Shown here in pieces: positions 9,980 to 21,053 of a stretch of DNA of 64,000 bases. Position numbers and translations under genes: made by a program. The stretch lies in the IMG/VR virus record IMGVR_UViG_3300044625_001067, positions 62,001 to 126,000 of that record, one strand, 5' to 3'. Numbering within the stretch: position 1 is the stretch's first letter; every line of letters starts with the position of its first letter. The notes beneath the pieces were generated by a model, which ran no database searches, was not told the origin of the DNA, and saw only the letters and a program-made list of their open reading frames with translations.

Positions 9980-10768
9980 CTTGTAGATGTTTTGCTGGAT
10001 TTTTGGGCCTACAACTTCTCCCTGTACAGCCACATTGTCAAACCCTGCAGTCTTCAGTTTTTCTTCTAGATTGACTTTTCTAGCGACGGACCAATAAGTG
10101 TTATTATTATCCTCTTTTAGGTCTAAGTTACGGGAGCAAACTCCGAACTCTCCGTTGTTAAGGTACATCGTACAAGATGTACCCTCTAGTTTCTCCGTAA
10201 CTTCGTATACAACATTCTTGTATTCCCCCAGTTTGTCGTATAGAGATTGAACTCTCGGCTGATCCGTTTTGGTAATGTAGCTCGGGAAGTTTCCACGAAC
10301 TTGTCCCGCAAGGCAAGCGGGGACCGGAGCTTCCCACTTCTGAATGCCAAACTCTAGAGTGAAGTCTTCGCCTTCTTCCCACACACACTCGTCAACTCGG
10401 AGAGATCCCCTCCCCCCATAAGGTTCGGCTAGCGAAACAACGTAGAAGCTTGGAGAGATGTCTGAGAAGCGAAGTAGGAGACCCTGGGAGACTTGGCCAC
10501 GGAGCCGGACGGTTTTCAACCTTTCCCCCTTCACTCCATTGTACTCCCTTGGTTCCTTCCCCTTGGACAAGAACGGGGCAAGTTCATGGGGGATCCACGA
10601 GTCAATCTCGAAATAGATTGCAAGATCACCGGCTTGGAATTCCCCTCTCTTCACGACAACGGGCCAGCCACCACCCACGATGGCGCACTCAATTGCGTCG
10701 GCGTCCGGGATTGGGCGAATCTCCGTTACTTGTCGGACGGAGGCGAGTTTGCGTTCGATGTTTGCCAT
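9689..10768 (-). CDS. RNA ligase, DRB0094/Rnl5-like, with N-terminal OB domain
   Basis: RKLAS..I.PI.DADAIE N-terminus; ligase motifs EKLEG, GEVVG, FDV, EGIVF, FKSIS. Confidence 0.9.
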   Translation of the reverse strand: MANIERKLASVRQVTEIRPIPDADAIECAIVGGGWPVVVKRGEFQAGDLAIYFEIDSWIPHELAPFLSKGKEPREYNGVKGERLKTVRLRGQVSQGLLLRFSDISPSFYVVSLAEPYGGRGSLRVDECVWEEGEDFTLEFGIQKWEAPVPACLAGQVRGNFPSYITKTDQPRVQSLYDKLGEYKNVVYEVTEKLEGTSCTMYLNNGEFGVCSRNLDLKEDNNNTYWSVARKVNLEEKLKTAGFDNVAVQGEVVGPKIQQNIYKLNDFKFFVFDVYLTDMGRYMTPLERKNFCDQFGLGHVPVLGSFSIKDMGVEEILGMADGFSQLNNKTLREGIVFKSECGAFSFKSISNQYLLKSGL

Positions 10769-11214
10769 TTTGCTTAGGTTGGTTGTTGAGAAAGTGATAA
10801 ATTATTTGCGGCGGAACCTTCAGTTGGTCCGGAAACCAGAGACCCAGATGTTTTTCCAAAGGTGTAGTACCAAAACCCTACATAGAGAGATACAAGCGAA
10901 AAGTCGATGATCGATGGAAGGAGCACCAGAAGCCAGGGCCAGGACATATACCCTGTGAGTTTGAGGGCTAAAAGAGAAGAGTGAAAGGTGTCGTGAAGTC
11001 AAATGTTGTGAAGCTTACGCGATTGCTCAGCTAGCTTTTCTCTCTCCTTAGCTAACTTAACGATCAAAGTCATCTGAAGATTACCGCTGAACTGCGAGAA
11101 CGTGAAGATTTCAATTGCAGCGTCGATTAAAAGAGCATAGGGTACTAAAATCCTCATTACCCGACAGTTTAGGTTGGGTTCCTTCACAGGGTTTCTAGTA
11201 ATTTTGAATTTCAC

Positions 11215-11637
11215 TTAAGCTCCTCCCACTGGGTCACCGCCTTCGGCTGCCTCTCTGGCGAATAGCTCCACAGCCCTTCTTATGACGTCGGCTTTACTTA
11301 TACCGTCAGCCTTTGCAAGAAGGGTCACCACGTCATAAAAGTTTTGCGATACACGCAGCTCAATGGTATGTTGAGCTCCCCCTTCGGTAGGACTTTCAGT
11401 TTGTGCAGCGCCAGCAGAATCCCACTGGGTCACCGCCTTCGGCTTCACCGCCCAATCCGCCGGATCGCACTCGGTAGCAGCCGCAAAGTCAATTTCCATG
11501 ACGGAGTTCCCACGGTTGATGCGGGGCACCCCATAACGTACCTCAGACCCGCTGGGGACAGGGAGATAGTTGTCGTGAACCCATTCCCATAACTCGGGAA
11601 GGTCGATCTCGATTGTTCCTTCGGATGTGAATGCCAT
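11215..11637 (-). CDS. Hypothetical protein with C-terminal ribbon-helix-helix (CopG-like) domain
   Basis: IELRVSQNFYDVVTLLAKADGISKADVIRRAVELF; start moved downstream of the promoter. Confidence 0.65.
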   Translation of the reverse strand: MAFTSEGTIEIDLPELWEWVHDNYLPVPSGSEVRYGVPRINRGNSVMEIDFAAATECDPADWAVKPKAVTQWDSAGAAQTESPTEGGAQHTIELRVSQNFYDVVTLLAKADGISKADVIRRAVELFAREAAEGGDPVGGA

Positions 11638-11679
11638 TTTCTGGGACAAGGTGGATTGCGGGTTTTCCCGTATAAACCT

Positions 11680-11744
11680 ACTATACCGCTTTCCTGTCGG
11701 AAAGGCAAGGGTGGGACCGCCCCATGGTAACGGGGAAACCGCCC
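11680..11744 (-). promoter_or_regulatory. Repeated early promoter element (two boxes)
   Basis: TTGCCT-17-TATAGT, spacer hairpin CTTTCC-4-GGAAAG. Confidence 0.8.
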
Positions 11745-12301
11745 TAAGGCAGTACAAAGGGTGAGTCAGGGTCGTCTGTGAAAGCAGTGAAATAGGTCTC
11801 TGTGGCCGGGTTACCCAGGTTAAGGACGGGAATGTTGTGAAACCTAGCGATGCGAATCGCCTGTGAGGTTCCACCGACATCCTTACCGTTTTTTGTCCAG
11901 CAAATTACCACGTCTGTTGGGCTCTTGCAGTCTCTCCCTAGGACTTGCATCGCGTTCCTAGCCATTAACTTTCGCCCCTTGTCATAGAGCCGAGAGGGTG
12001 CGGGATGGAACCGCTCCACGCTTTCTTGAGCTAGTTCTCGCCCTGGGCACAAAAGGTAATCAAAGTGGGATTTACCGTCGTGGTACCGTCCGTTGAATCC
12101 GTTCCACGGCAAGAATATCTCCTTTCTCCTGGAGTTTGCTTCAAAAGCCGCATCGGCGCCATCAGCACCACCCGAGCGCAGTGTGAACCCTAAACGGTCC
12201 ATCTTTGCCGAAATTCGGCCCATAAGTGCCAGGATCGAACCAGGTGTCTCTTGCCTCCCAATTCCTGTGTACACTTTCATTGCCCCTTTAGCCTCAGTCA
12301 T
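11744..12301 (-). CDS. SLOG-superfamily (DprA/Smf-like) nucleotide-binding protein
   Basis: YTGIGxxETP, LRSGGADGAD, MARN, GGTSQAIRIA. Confidence 0.8.
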   Translation of the reverse strand: MTEAKGAMKVYTGIGRQETPGSILALMGRISAKMDRLGFTLRSGGADGADAAFEANSRRKEIFLPWNGFNGRYHDGKSHFDYLLCPGRELAQESVERFHPAPSRLYDKGRKLMARNAMQVLGRDCKSPTDVVICWTKNGKDVGGTSQAIRIARFHNIPVLNLGNPATETYFTAFTDDPDSPFVLP

Positions 12302-12843
12302 TGTTTCTCATTCAGCTTTTAGATCAATTTTCATAATGTCGTACTCGTGTTCGTCAATACTATCCCACCGACCTGTGTCGGTCCAAGTGAGAGCTGGAGC
12401 TGAGCCTGAGTTCATGAAGTACGGAAATAACTTGCCCATCCAACGCCAGGGCATTAAACTACCTGAAGAAGGCGAGATAACACCGGTACGAACTGAGCCA
12501 TCGCGTAGCACAACGGTGACTTCTTTGCCGAGAAACTCTGCAAGATTAAGAATTGGTGACTCAAGATTCATGGCAAATACTTCATCACAATGAGTCCTTC
12601 CGGTGTAAACCGGACCCGCTTGTTTTCTTGATCCAACTCAGTTAGTTCTGGATGGCTTTGCTCCACCACCAGCTTCCAAAGGAGGCTAGATACTGAGCGC
12701 CATCCGTCCCCTGAGTCCGTGCTGCGTTCAATCAGCCGTAACATGTTTCTTTGCGCATCTGTTATCGGTGGCTTGGGGTTGGTCATGGCTTTCCTTCAGT
12801 TTAAGGGCGTGGGTCGTTGACTCGTTGAAGTTGAGTGTGAGTG

Positions 12844-13119
12844 CTACGCACGAGCAATCATACCGAAGCCAGGCTCCAGAAAACTTTCCAAGTTGCTGTC
12901 GGGATGAACCTTCTCAGCCACAAGTAAAAGAGCCCTGTGGCAGTCCTGCCTGGATCTCCGAGCCCCGAGTTTGTAAGCAGAAAGTGCGTAGGAGTGGGCC
13001 AACTGCAGAAAAGAGTCTCGCAAACCTGCGGGCATCTTCTCAACCTTGCTTCGGGTTTCTTCGGGAAGCCCCAGCCAAAGTGCTTCGAGATCGGCTTCTA
13101 CTTGAGGGTGGAAGGCCAT
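12844..13119 (-). CDS. Hypothetical protein (single-gene cassette start)
   Basis: ORF directly behind promoter 13143; leader shared with the 13431 gene. Confidence 0.65.
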   Translation of the reverse strand: MAFHPQVEADLEALWLGLPEETRSKVEKMPAGLRDSFLQLAHSYALSAYKLGARRSRQDCHRALLLVAEKVHPDSNLESFLEPGFGMIARA

Positions 13120-13142
13120 GGTTGCGTGCGTGGACTGAAGTA

Positions 13143-13187
13143 AGTATACCGCTTTCTCTTCGAGAAAGAAAGGGGGTAAACCGCCCC
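13143..13187 (-). promoter_or_regulatory. Repeated early promoter element
   Basis: TTTCTT-17-TATACT, hairpin CTTTCTC-3-GAGAAAG. Confidence 0.75.
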
Positions 13188-13212
13188 AGGGAAAGGGATC
13201 GGTGGGTGTGCC

Positions 13213-13431
13213 TCAGCACGGGCTATGCGGGGCAGAGCAGTAGGCAGCAAGATACGCTTCGATCTGCTCACTGTTCCACCTGGGGTCCGGAAACTTTGGC
13301 CAGCCGTAGGCGCAGTGTGTAGCGCCATGCTCAGCGCAATCTCGAAGTGTTTTAGTGTGAGGTGGAATAACGTAGTACTTTTCCCAACAAAGCAGCATTG
13401 AGCGTGCTTCTGCTTGAGGGTCGAAGGTCAT
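13213..13431 (-). CDS. Hypothetical protein (single-gene cassette)
   Basis: ORF flanked by two promoter elements. Confidence 0.65.
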   Translation of the reverse strand: MTFDPQAEARSMLLCWEKYYVIPPHTKTLRDCAEHGATHCAYGWPKFPDPRWNSEQIEAYLAAYCSAPHSPC

Positions 13432-13454
13432 GGTTGCGTGCGTGGGCTGAAGTA

Positions 13455-13498
13455 ACTATACCGCTTTCCTGCCGGGAAGGCAAGGGGGGTGAACCGCC
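13455..13498 (-). promoter_or_regulatory. Repeated early promoter element
   Basis: TTGCCT-17-TATAGT. Confidence 0.8.
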
Positions 13499-14392
13499 TT
13501 AGTCCAATATCTCCCTACGAACTGAGGTCTGCAGCTTACTGATTGCGGCGAGTGCGGCAGTGTGATTGTCGCGAGAGGCTTTCATGGGTGTGGCTTTCTG
13601 TACCATGACCCAAATGGCGTCTAGATCTGATAGAACCTCCGCAGCGTTTTTCAGTGCGGGTTTCGTCCTATACTTCGCAATGTATAGTTTGATAGTATTC
13701 GTCACCCTCTTGTAAAGAGACAACTTTTCTGCTTTGCACTGGTCGAGAGTACCAATGAAAGGGGGAGACTTGGAAAAGTCCATGTCGTCAAACCCGGCGT
13801 ACTTCCCGTCGATCTTTGCAAATCGAATACCGCTGTGGGACGGGATATTGTAGTCTAAGCCATGAGCTTCGCAACAAGCTTTGAAGTCTCGGAGAGAAAT
13901 CGCATTGCGGTCTAAGGTGTATAGGTGTGCCTTGGTTGCGCATTGCGGAGAGTTCCACATAGACTGAATGTCTGGGTCGCCGGAGTTGGTACGAACCTCC
14001 ACCACCTCAAGTTTGACGGGATCCTTTTCCGTGCGAGACTCGCCGAACACCGGCTCCCACGTTTTGAGAAAACGCTTGTAGGCGAATTCGTCGTCGAGAT
14101 TCTCAAAGATGTAGCAGCTTGAGTACCCCTCTTCCGGGGTGCCTTTTGAAGCGAGATCGCTTTTCTGTTCCATGTACGACTCGACTGACAAAGTGCTACC
14201 AGTCTCGTTCTCATAATGCGTAACTGCGGGTTGAAACACGCGAACACGTAGGATGGTCGTAGGGTCCGACACAACGAAAGTGTTTGCCGTTACAGGGATT
14301 CCATCCACCTCAAGGCTGGCGGATGTGTGGCTTCTTTGAACAAGGTAGCTCCCCTCGTTCACAAGATGAGTGGCCTTCAGAGTGATTGACAC
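13499..14392 (-). CDS. Hypothetical phage protein
   Basis: 297-aa ORF exactly filling the space between two promoter elements. Confidence 0.75.
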   Translation of the reverse strand: MSITLKATHLVNEGSYLVQRSHTSASLEVDGIPVTANTFVVSDPTTILRVRVFQPAVTHYENETGSTLSVESYMEQKSDLASKGTPEEGYSSCYIFENLDDEFAYKRFLKTWEPVFGESRTEKDPVKLEVVEVRTNSGDPDIQSMWNSPQCATKAHLYTLDRNAISLRDFKACCEAHGLDYNIPSHSGIRFAKIDGKYAGFDDMDFSKSPPFIGTLDQCKAEKLSLYKRVTNTIKLYIAKYRTKPALKNAAEVLSDLDAIWVMVQKATPMKASRDNHTAALAAISKLQTSVRREILD

Positions 14393-14424
14393 TTTGGTAG
14401 GTTTCAGGTGTTTTGAACTAGTTT

Positions 14425-14468
14425 AGTTTACCGCTTTCCTCCCGGAAAGGCAAGGGGGAAAACCGCCC
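14425..14468 (-). promoter_or_regulatory. Repeated early promoter element
   Basis: TTGCCT-17-TAAACT, hairpin CTTTCC-4-GGAAAG. Confidence 0.8.
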
Positions 14469-14844
14469 TGCCTCTACGCTACGGAGAGACGACCGATAAA
14501 ACCTTGATAAGGGAGTGCCCGTCGATTTCAGGTTGATAGTTTTCACCAGTCTGCGGCAGCAGGGATCGCTTCTTCGACGGGGAGGTAAATTGTGTCGAAT
14601 TTTCATGTGATTAACTGGGGGAAATCAACCAAATAGATAAAGCACCGAAAGTAGCACGACGGGGACAAACCCTAATGAGACTTGTATTTCAATTGGCGTA
14701 ACCTCTTCGGGGGAACCTCGCTCTTTGTCAAGTTTACGAATGAGTTTCTCATTCGGGGTTAGCCTCTGCCCGTCTTTCAACCCCACCCACCTCGACCCCT
14801 TTGGGTGACGGTGTTTTCGGCTTAAGGGGTAGTTTCGTTGCATA

Positions 14845-15292
14845 CTAACCGCGAGCGATCACTTCCTTCAAGAAGGCGAGACCGTCTTCGTTGGAGTCAT
14901 AGAAGTGGAGTCTTGCTTCTGGCCCTAATAGCCTTCCACCCGCAGTTATAGGGTCAGTTGTGAAATCTAACTCTCCGCACATTAGTTGAGCAAACCCTGC
15001 GATACAGTGAACCGAGCCGCAGTTACTTGGGGGTTAAACCCCGGTAGGAGCTACGGTCTGCAGAACCTTCAAACGAGCCCGCGTAGTCAGCTTTCAGGTG
15101 GAAAGCATACATATAAAAGTTCCCCAGGTCACGCTCTACAATCCAGAGTGCAACGTGCCGTAAGTTCTCTCCTTGTTGTTTAGATGTAAGCTCAATGTCC
15201 CAACTTTCAGGAATGTGCGGGAGTCTGGGAATACCAGGTGTGGTGGGTGCTATAAGATGGGAACTGGAACGTGTTTCAGTGAAGGTAGTCAT
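14845..15292 (-). pseudogene. Frameshifted paralog of 15668..16120
   Basis: N-half NLRHVALWIVERDL ends at TAA 15023; the +1 frame continues CGSVHCIAGFAQ...HFYDSNEDGLAFL, matching the paralog; shift lies in a C5 run (15029-15033). Confidence 0.8.
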
Positions 15293-15667
15293 TTTGTTTC
15301 GGGGTTTGGTGTTTTGAGGCGAGCGGGGTCTTACGGGTCGTAGTTTACACCCGTAGTTTAACGTGGGAGGGTTGTTGCCCTGTAGCAATCACCGTCGTCC
15401 TGGAGATTGATGCCGCACAGATAGTCGAAAAACGCATTCTTTGCCCTGCGAAGAAAGCCAACTTTCTTAGGAAAGTTGTCTCCTGGAGCAGGGTCCTCAG
15501 CCAGTGCTGCATCCACACGGCGGTCGAGGTCGTCGAGTGTTGGCTCCCAATTCTCAAGTACAAGGTGGCCCGTCTGTGATTTGCACATTGACCGCAGTAC
15601 TGCCAGTGCAATTTGTTGCTTGCGACACAGAGACCGCAGGTTCAGGTTCTCGGTTTCCATTCTTGCT

Positions 15668-16120
15668 TCATGCACTAGGGGAATTACGTGAAATGACACG
15701 CTGAAGGAAGGCAAGGCCATCTTCGTTGCTGTCCCGAAAGTGGCATGCGGCTTCTTCACCAAGCAACCGAGCCCCAGCGAGAGAGGGGGTAATCTCAAAC
15801 CCCTTCTGACCAGCCATCACCTGGCTGAAACCGGCGATGCAGTGAACAGTTCCACATGCGTTGAGCATGTGCAGGGAACCCTTGCGAGATATCCCAAACA
15901 AGTGAACCCAGGCAGCATGCCACTGACCCATATCAAAGTTGTGCAAATCGCGTTCGACCACCCACAAGGCCACATGTAACAGGTTAGCTTCCTGCTGAGC
16001 AGGAGAAAGCCGGTCAGCGGGGAGCCAAGTAACAGGAATGAAAGGTAAGGCGGGAAGGCCAGGGTTGGTATCTAACGCGATTTCCTGGGCGGTCCGAATC
16101 GCTTGTGCCGTGAGAGTCAT
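15668..16120 (-). CDS. Hypothetical protein with CGTxHCIAG motif
   Basis: FDMGQWH...CGTVHCIAG; intact paralog of 14845..15292. Confidence 0.75.
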   Translation of the reverse strand: MTLTAQAIRTAQEIALDTNPGLPALPFIPVTWLPADRLSPAQQEANLLHVALWVVERDLHNFDMGQWHAAWVHLFGISRKGSLHMLNACGTVHCIAGFSQVMAGQKGFEITPSLAGARLLGEEAACHFRDSNEDGLAFLQRVISRNSPSA

Positions 16121-16282
16121 TTTGTTTGGTATGACATGTAATTTGTAAAGGGAGTCAGGCTCGGGTTTGGGCTCGATTCAGAACTCGGACCAAGAGCACC
16201 AAACCAGTTACCGTGAAGAGAGTGCTGTGAAGGGCAGAAAGGTCGTTCAGAGGAAACATAGTTGCTCAATTGGACTGTAATA

Positions 16283-16327
16283 ACTATACCGCTTTCCTGT
16301 CGGAAAGGTAAGGGGGTAAACCGCCCC
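16283..16327 (-). promoter_or_regulatory. Repeated early promoter element
   Basis: TTACCT-17-TATAGT, hairpin CTTTCC-4-GGAAAG. Confidence 0.8.
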
Positions 16328-16596
16328 CTTTCAGAGTCTTACAGGAACAAGAGTGGCAGCCTCAGAGCGAGTGCGAGCTATCTCGTTGCAGTCGGCCTCA
16401 CTTAGGCCCGTCATACTCTGCAGTTCGTGGTCTTGCACTCCATCCAAAACGGTTACGAGTGCGCGAGCAAAACGTTCGGCTTTCACCTCTGCTTCCCCTC
16501 GCTTCTCGTTCTCGTACAAGACACGGTTTTCAAGCGTTGTAAGGAAATCGGATGCGTTAGTGGAATCCATTGTTTTTGGAGGAACTCAACTCATTT

Positions 16597-16660
16597 GGTA
16601 TACCGTTTCTGCCCCGCAGAAACAAGACGGAAAACAGAACGTTTAGGGCGGTTAACCCCC
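16597..16660 (-). promoter_or_regulatory. Repeated early promoter element
   Basis: TTGTTT-17-TATACC, hairpin GTTTCTGC-3-GCAGAAAC, distal GGTTAACC box. Confidence 0.7.
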
Positions 16661-16699
16661 TGAGACTTTCCCCCTCGCCCCAACAACTCGAAAGGTCGC

Positions 16700-17275
16700 T
16701 TACCCTGCGAATGGCTTTTCGAGGGCATCCTCCAACTTTTGCAGTCTTAGCTCAATGCTCTGCAACCTGTCCTCCGCTTCCCTTTCCCTTTTTATCCTCC
16801 GCTCACGGCGCTGAATCTGCTCAAGGCGAACCTCCTCCCGCAGTCTTGAATTTTCTTCCTTAAGCCGTTCTGTTTCCTCCCGAAACTGGGCGGTCTCCTT
16901 TTCAATTATTGCTGTTTCCTCACGAATTCGAGCCGTTTCTTCTCTCGTATCTCTCGTCATTTGCTCTAGTCTCGAAATGTTATCTTCCATCACTCTGCTC
17001 AGACTTGTATTAAGGGGCAGCCCTTCCTCTCCCCGTCTAGTGAAAGGTGCGTCAAGCAGTGCCGTGTGCGGGGCTCCCGTGGCACTCAGAAAAACCCGGT
17101 GATGTTTAAGCCCATTAACACAGTGAATCGTTGACTCTCCCGTTTTCCACCAATGTAGTGTTTCTTCAATCCACACGGATAAGCGAAAGGGTCGCCTTCC
17201 GCCACGGGCACTGTCCTCCCAGCCAACTCTTAATACCTTATCAGTAATTGATCTTAGTTTGTTCATTTGTTCCAC
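16700..17275 (-). CDS. Hypothetical protein with heptad coiled-coil C-terminus
   Basis: Repeated REETARI/KETAQF/REETERL heptads. Confidence 0.65.
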   Translation of the reverse strand: MEQMNKLRSITDKVLRVGWEDSARGGRRPFRLSVWIEETLHWWKTGESTIHCVNGLKHHRVFLSATGAPHTALLDAPFTRRGEEGLPLNTSLSRVMEDNISRLEQMTRDTREETARIREETAIIEKETAQFREETERLKEENSRLREEVRLEQIQRRERRIKREREAEDRLQSIELRLQKLEDALEKPFAG

Positions 17276-17661
17276 TAAAGTAGTCGTCTAATCCGTTATT
17301 GTGCAAGTCTGCGCATAATAGTCAATTAGAGCAATTGACCTGGCTTGTTTTTCATCGTTCGCCCAACAGTGCGTCGTGCTTATGAGCTCCCCTTTAGAAC
17401 TGATACGGAGTTCGCTCGGGGGTGGAATAGCGCCGCAACAAGCGCCCACAGAGTAACACTCTTTAACCTCACCAGACACTACTTTCACAAACCAGAACTC
17501 TTGCCCAGGGGGGTTTTCCGTAAGAGGATCCAAGAAGTACTCTTTGATTTCCGAGTAGGGAAGTTCCTTTTTCAGGTCCTCAGCGAGTTTCATGGTTGAG
17601 AATAAGCCTATTACTTCAGCTTCTTCTGTCCCGTAGAAGTCTATAACAGCGTAGATGATTG

Positions 17662-18072
17662 TCATTTGATTGTTTTTTGAGTAGGTTGTGCTAGAACTTC
17701 TCGTAGCTTCCCGACCCATTCCCGGTCCGCAGGGTCATCCAAATCAACGTAAAGATCAAAGTAACCTCCGGGAGAAGACGGGTCAATCATGTGAAACCAT
17801 GCCTGCTGTTTTTTAGTTACAAAGTCAGGCTCGATATCGAGAGACGGGCACAGACCAAAGGTTAACCACTCAAGTTCAAGTCCGCCATCGAAGCTTGAGA
17901 AGGCACTCGGGTACGAATCGGGAGGAAAGTTCTTGTCGAAAAAATCAAACACCCAGCTTTCGAACCAGTCCAAGAGCTCCTTTGAAGGGGCTTTGCACTC
18001 TCCATCGAGCCAGCCGTCCTCCAGCACCCTGAGCTTACCTAGATTTTCACGGAATTGGGTCTAGGTTTGCAT
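17662..18072 (-). pseudogene. Hypothetical protein with in-frame TAG at codon 4
   Basis: ATG 18072 MQT*TQFRENLGKLRVLEDGWLDGE...; TAG at 18061-18063; a GTG restart at 18027 is possible. Confidence 0.5.
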
Positions 18073-19163
18073 GATTAGCGTGCTGAGGGATCAGGGGTAA
18101 GGGGGCCAGGGAACAACCACGTAGTTACGTGCAAAGTCCTAAGGCTCTTTTCTCCTCCTTAGTCAACTTGGCCAAGGCAATTTCCTTAACTACCTTCATT
18201 CGCTCAGCATCTCGTAACTTGTGATTGGCCCACCATTCCTGGTAAACAGGGAGAATAGTGTTTAAACTCCACTTATCAAAGGCATCCCGTGCCAGTTCAA
18301 GCTCAGTGAACGCATAGCATGCAATTTCCATGAGCGCTCCCGGAAGTTCCGCGTCGCTTACGGACACACCGTACAGGCGCAAGTTGTCCTTTGCTTGCTC
18401 GGTCGGAAGCAGATAACGAACTGGAGCTAGCACAGGATTCCCGGCACTCTCGCTCTTAGGAGAGCGGAAGTCGTGGTGAGGCACATCATAAAAAGGGTCT
18501 CGGCAGGGTATTTTACTCGGGGTGTGGTTAGGGTTGTAAGAGGTTGGGCTACTTGAAGTTTGACTCCGCAGTTATCTGCTCTACGGCGTCTTTCGCAAGA
18601 GCACGGCAGTTGCTTCGGCGATAGAGACCGACTACTGCCCAGTGGGGGAAGCCGTAAGCTCCTCCAGTATAGCTGTTGTCTCCGGTTTGGAAACCCCAAG
18701 AGAAGGAACCGTCATCGTTCAAATCGGCGCCAACCGTTACCAAAATCCCTGGAATGCTGTCTTCTTCGTAAGCACGATAGTCATTTTGAATGTCTTTTTT
18801 CAGAGATTTTAAGAGGGACTCAATTTTAGTCTGAAGAACTTTTTTGGGATTAGACGTCATTTGGATAACTTGGGGGGACTCTTTAGGTTGGCGACCGCGT
18901 TCGGGACTCCGAGGAGCCAAGTTAAGCGAAAAGCGCAGCCCCAGCGATCACAAATATACTCAAGGCTTGACTCGATGCTTTCCAGACTGGTGTAGCCATA
19001 GGTCTCCTCGCCGCTCCTTCTGTCTGGGTCGTACGAAAAGGAAAAAGACCGGAGCGCCTGAATGGCTCTCCTATTCTTCTCAATTTTGCGTACCACTTTA
19101 CCCAGGTCCAGAGGGTGCGAGAAGTCGAAAACTTCACGTTGGATGCGCGTCTGGATCCGCTTT

Positions 19164-19865
19164 TTAACTTTCTTTTTCATGGGGTAAGTTTAGCTCGTTT
19201 GATCCACGGAGGCAAGGGGGGGAAACCGTCTGCCCCGGCACGGTTAACCGTTTTCTGCTTACCCAGTCTCCGTAGCTTCCTTCAAAGTCCAACGGGTAAG
19301 GCTTCAGCACACTAAATCGCGCAGCTTCGTCCAAAGCGTCAAGTGCTTCAGTCCTGGCTAGGAAGATGACTGTATTCCACCCAGGGGATGTAATTTTTCC
19401 CTCAATATACTTTGCTCTTTTGTACACCCCTCTGTGAACGACTCCCCAGCATCTTCCGGAGCCTTCGCAAACTTTTGCATGAGACACCCACTTACGCCCC
19501 CGAAGACTAACCCCTCGTCTGGCGTCTGCAGGGACATCTAGTCCAATCAAGCCAGAGTCGGCTATCGTATAGGCCAGAAATGCGCCTTGGCTGGGAATAC
19601 CCTCTAGCAGGTGAGGTAGGGTGGTACCCTCAAAAGAAGATTTGAGTGCCCCGAATCTACACCTATCAAACAAAGCACCTTTGAGTATAGCACCATTAAA
19701 GTTGCAACGGCGAATGAGGGAGTGCCTAAAGTCAGCACCAGTTAAGTCAGTGAAGCTGAAATCAACACGCCAGAGTTTGGACCCGAAGAAAGTGCTGTAA
19801 GGCATATCGGACCCCGAAAAGTCCTTAGAAACAAGGTGTTTCCGGTGGAAATTAGACTCCCTCAT
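19164..19865 (-). CDS. Pentapeptide-repeat protein
   Basis: DFSGSDM/DFSFTDLTGADFRHS/NFNGAILKGALF repeats in the N-half. Confidence 0.8.
   Translation of the reverse strand: MRESNFHRKHLVSKDFSGSDMPYSTFFGSKLWRVDFSFTDLTGADFRHSLIRRCNFNGAILKGALFDRCRFGALKSSFEGTTLPHLLEGIPSQGAFLAYTIADSGLIGLDVPADARRGVSLRGRKWVSHAKVCEGSGRCWGVVHRGVYKRAKYIEGKITSPGWNTVIFLARTEALDALDEAARFSVLKPYPLDFEGSYGDWVSRKRLTVPGQTVSPPCLRGSNELNLPHEKES
19187..19250 (-). promoter_or_regulatory. Repeated early promoter element (two boxes)
   Basis: CGGTTAACCG and GACGGTTTCC boxes, TTGCCT-17-TAAACT, ATG 6 nt after the -10. Confidence 0.75.
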
Positions 19866-20959
19866 CCTTCTCCCCTGGTAGCTGCTTGCTCAACTTGTTG
19901 CTGCAGCACGTCGGCGGCTCGGATGAGCGAGGTAGACAGGCGCGGTCACCGCGTGCCAAGGATTGAAGAAACCTCGTTTAGGTCAATCACCAGCCCTTGC
20001 ATTTCCTCAGACATCGGCGCTGGCAGGGGGGTGGTGCGGCTCCAACGGGCTAGGACGGCGCAAGCGAATGACACTGCTTCGCCATACAAAGCAAAGTACT
20101 CCGCCACTTTGTCCCAAAGGTCGTATAGCTGTTTACCGCTCGGTCCCTCTCCCTCCGGATAAACCTTCAGGGCAGCCAGCTCGGCTTCCTGCTGCTGGAG
20201 CAGGGTGACGACAGAACGCAGAACACCACGGTGCAAATAATCTGCGATGCCATCCCCGTAATACAGGCGTGTCCCGTATGGCTGTTGTTCCCAGAAAGCG
20301 TCTGCACTGAGTAATCCCTCAATTCCGTGAGATCCCTTGAATACACCGTTATTGGTGAGCAACTCCCCCACTTCCATCGGCTCCGGCGCTGGCGGGGCGC
20401 ATTGCTGCTGGAGCAGGGTGGCTGGCGCTGGTGCTGGTACCGCAGCCGGCCATTCCGATGTTCGAATCCCGTGCTCCTTCATCACCGGGCGGATGGCGGC
20501 AAGGGCTTCGGTGCAGCGCAGCTCGGCCCATGTGACCTTTTCAGTGGCAGAGCACAAACGCCCAATTTCCCCCTCGGCAACATCCGCCAGGGCGGCCTCG
20601 GCCTGAAGCAAGGCATTGGCAACCGGGCTGTCCTTTACCGGGGCTTCTGGTGCTGGCGGGGTGGATTGGCCCCATCGGGCAAGAACAGCCAGCATCAGAT
20701 CAGACAGCTCAAGGTGAGCCGATTCCAGGGAGCCGCCAGATTTCAGCCATGTTGCCCAGGGCTCACGGCCACATGCGAAAGCGAGCATGCTCGCATGGTT
20801 TGGAATTGGCACATTCTCACTAGGCTCGGCATCTAGTGCAGCGGTAGCCTCATCAATGGCTTCGTTCATTAAGCCGACACTGAAGGAGTCAGCTGTGGCT
20901 TCAGCCACCTCGGTTAGCCTAACTAGAGCAGTGCGAATGTCAGGTGCAGGATTAGTCAT
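19862..20959 (-). CDS. Mosaic multi-module hypothetical protein with premature TGA near the C-terminus
   Basis: TGA at 19946-19948 is followed in frame by ...IRAADVLQQQ... and a TGA overlapping the next ATG (19862-19865). Confidence 0.65.
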
Positions 20960-21010
20960 GTTCCGGAGTGAAGGTGAGATTGAGGGGGTTATAGGGATGC
21001 TCACACCCAT

Positions 21011-21053
21011 ACTATATCTTTTTATTACGAAAAGGGTAAGGGGGAAACCGCCC
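21011..21053 (-). promoter_or_regulatory. Repeated early promoter element
   Basis: GGGCGGTTTCCC box, TTACCC-17-TATAGT. Confidence 0.7.

Noticed and set aside
15035-15041. -1 slippery heptamer G GGT TTA near the 15023 stop
   Set aside because: The conserved continuation is in the +1 frame; the -1 frame gives no similarity to the paralog.
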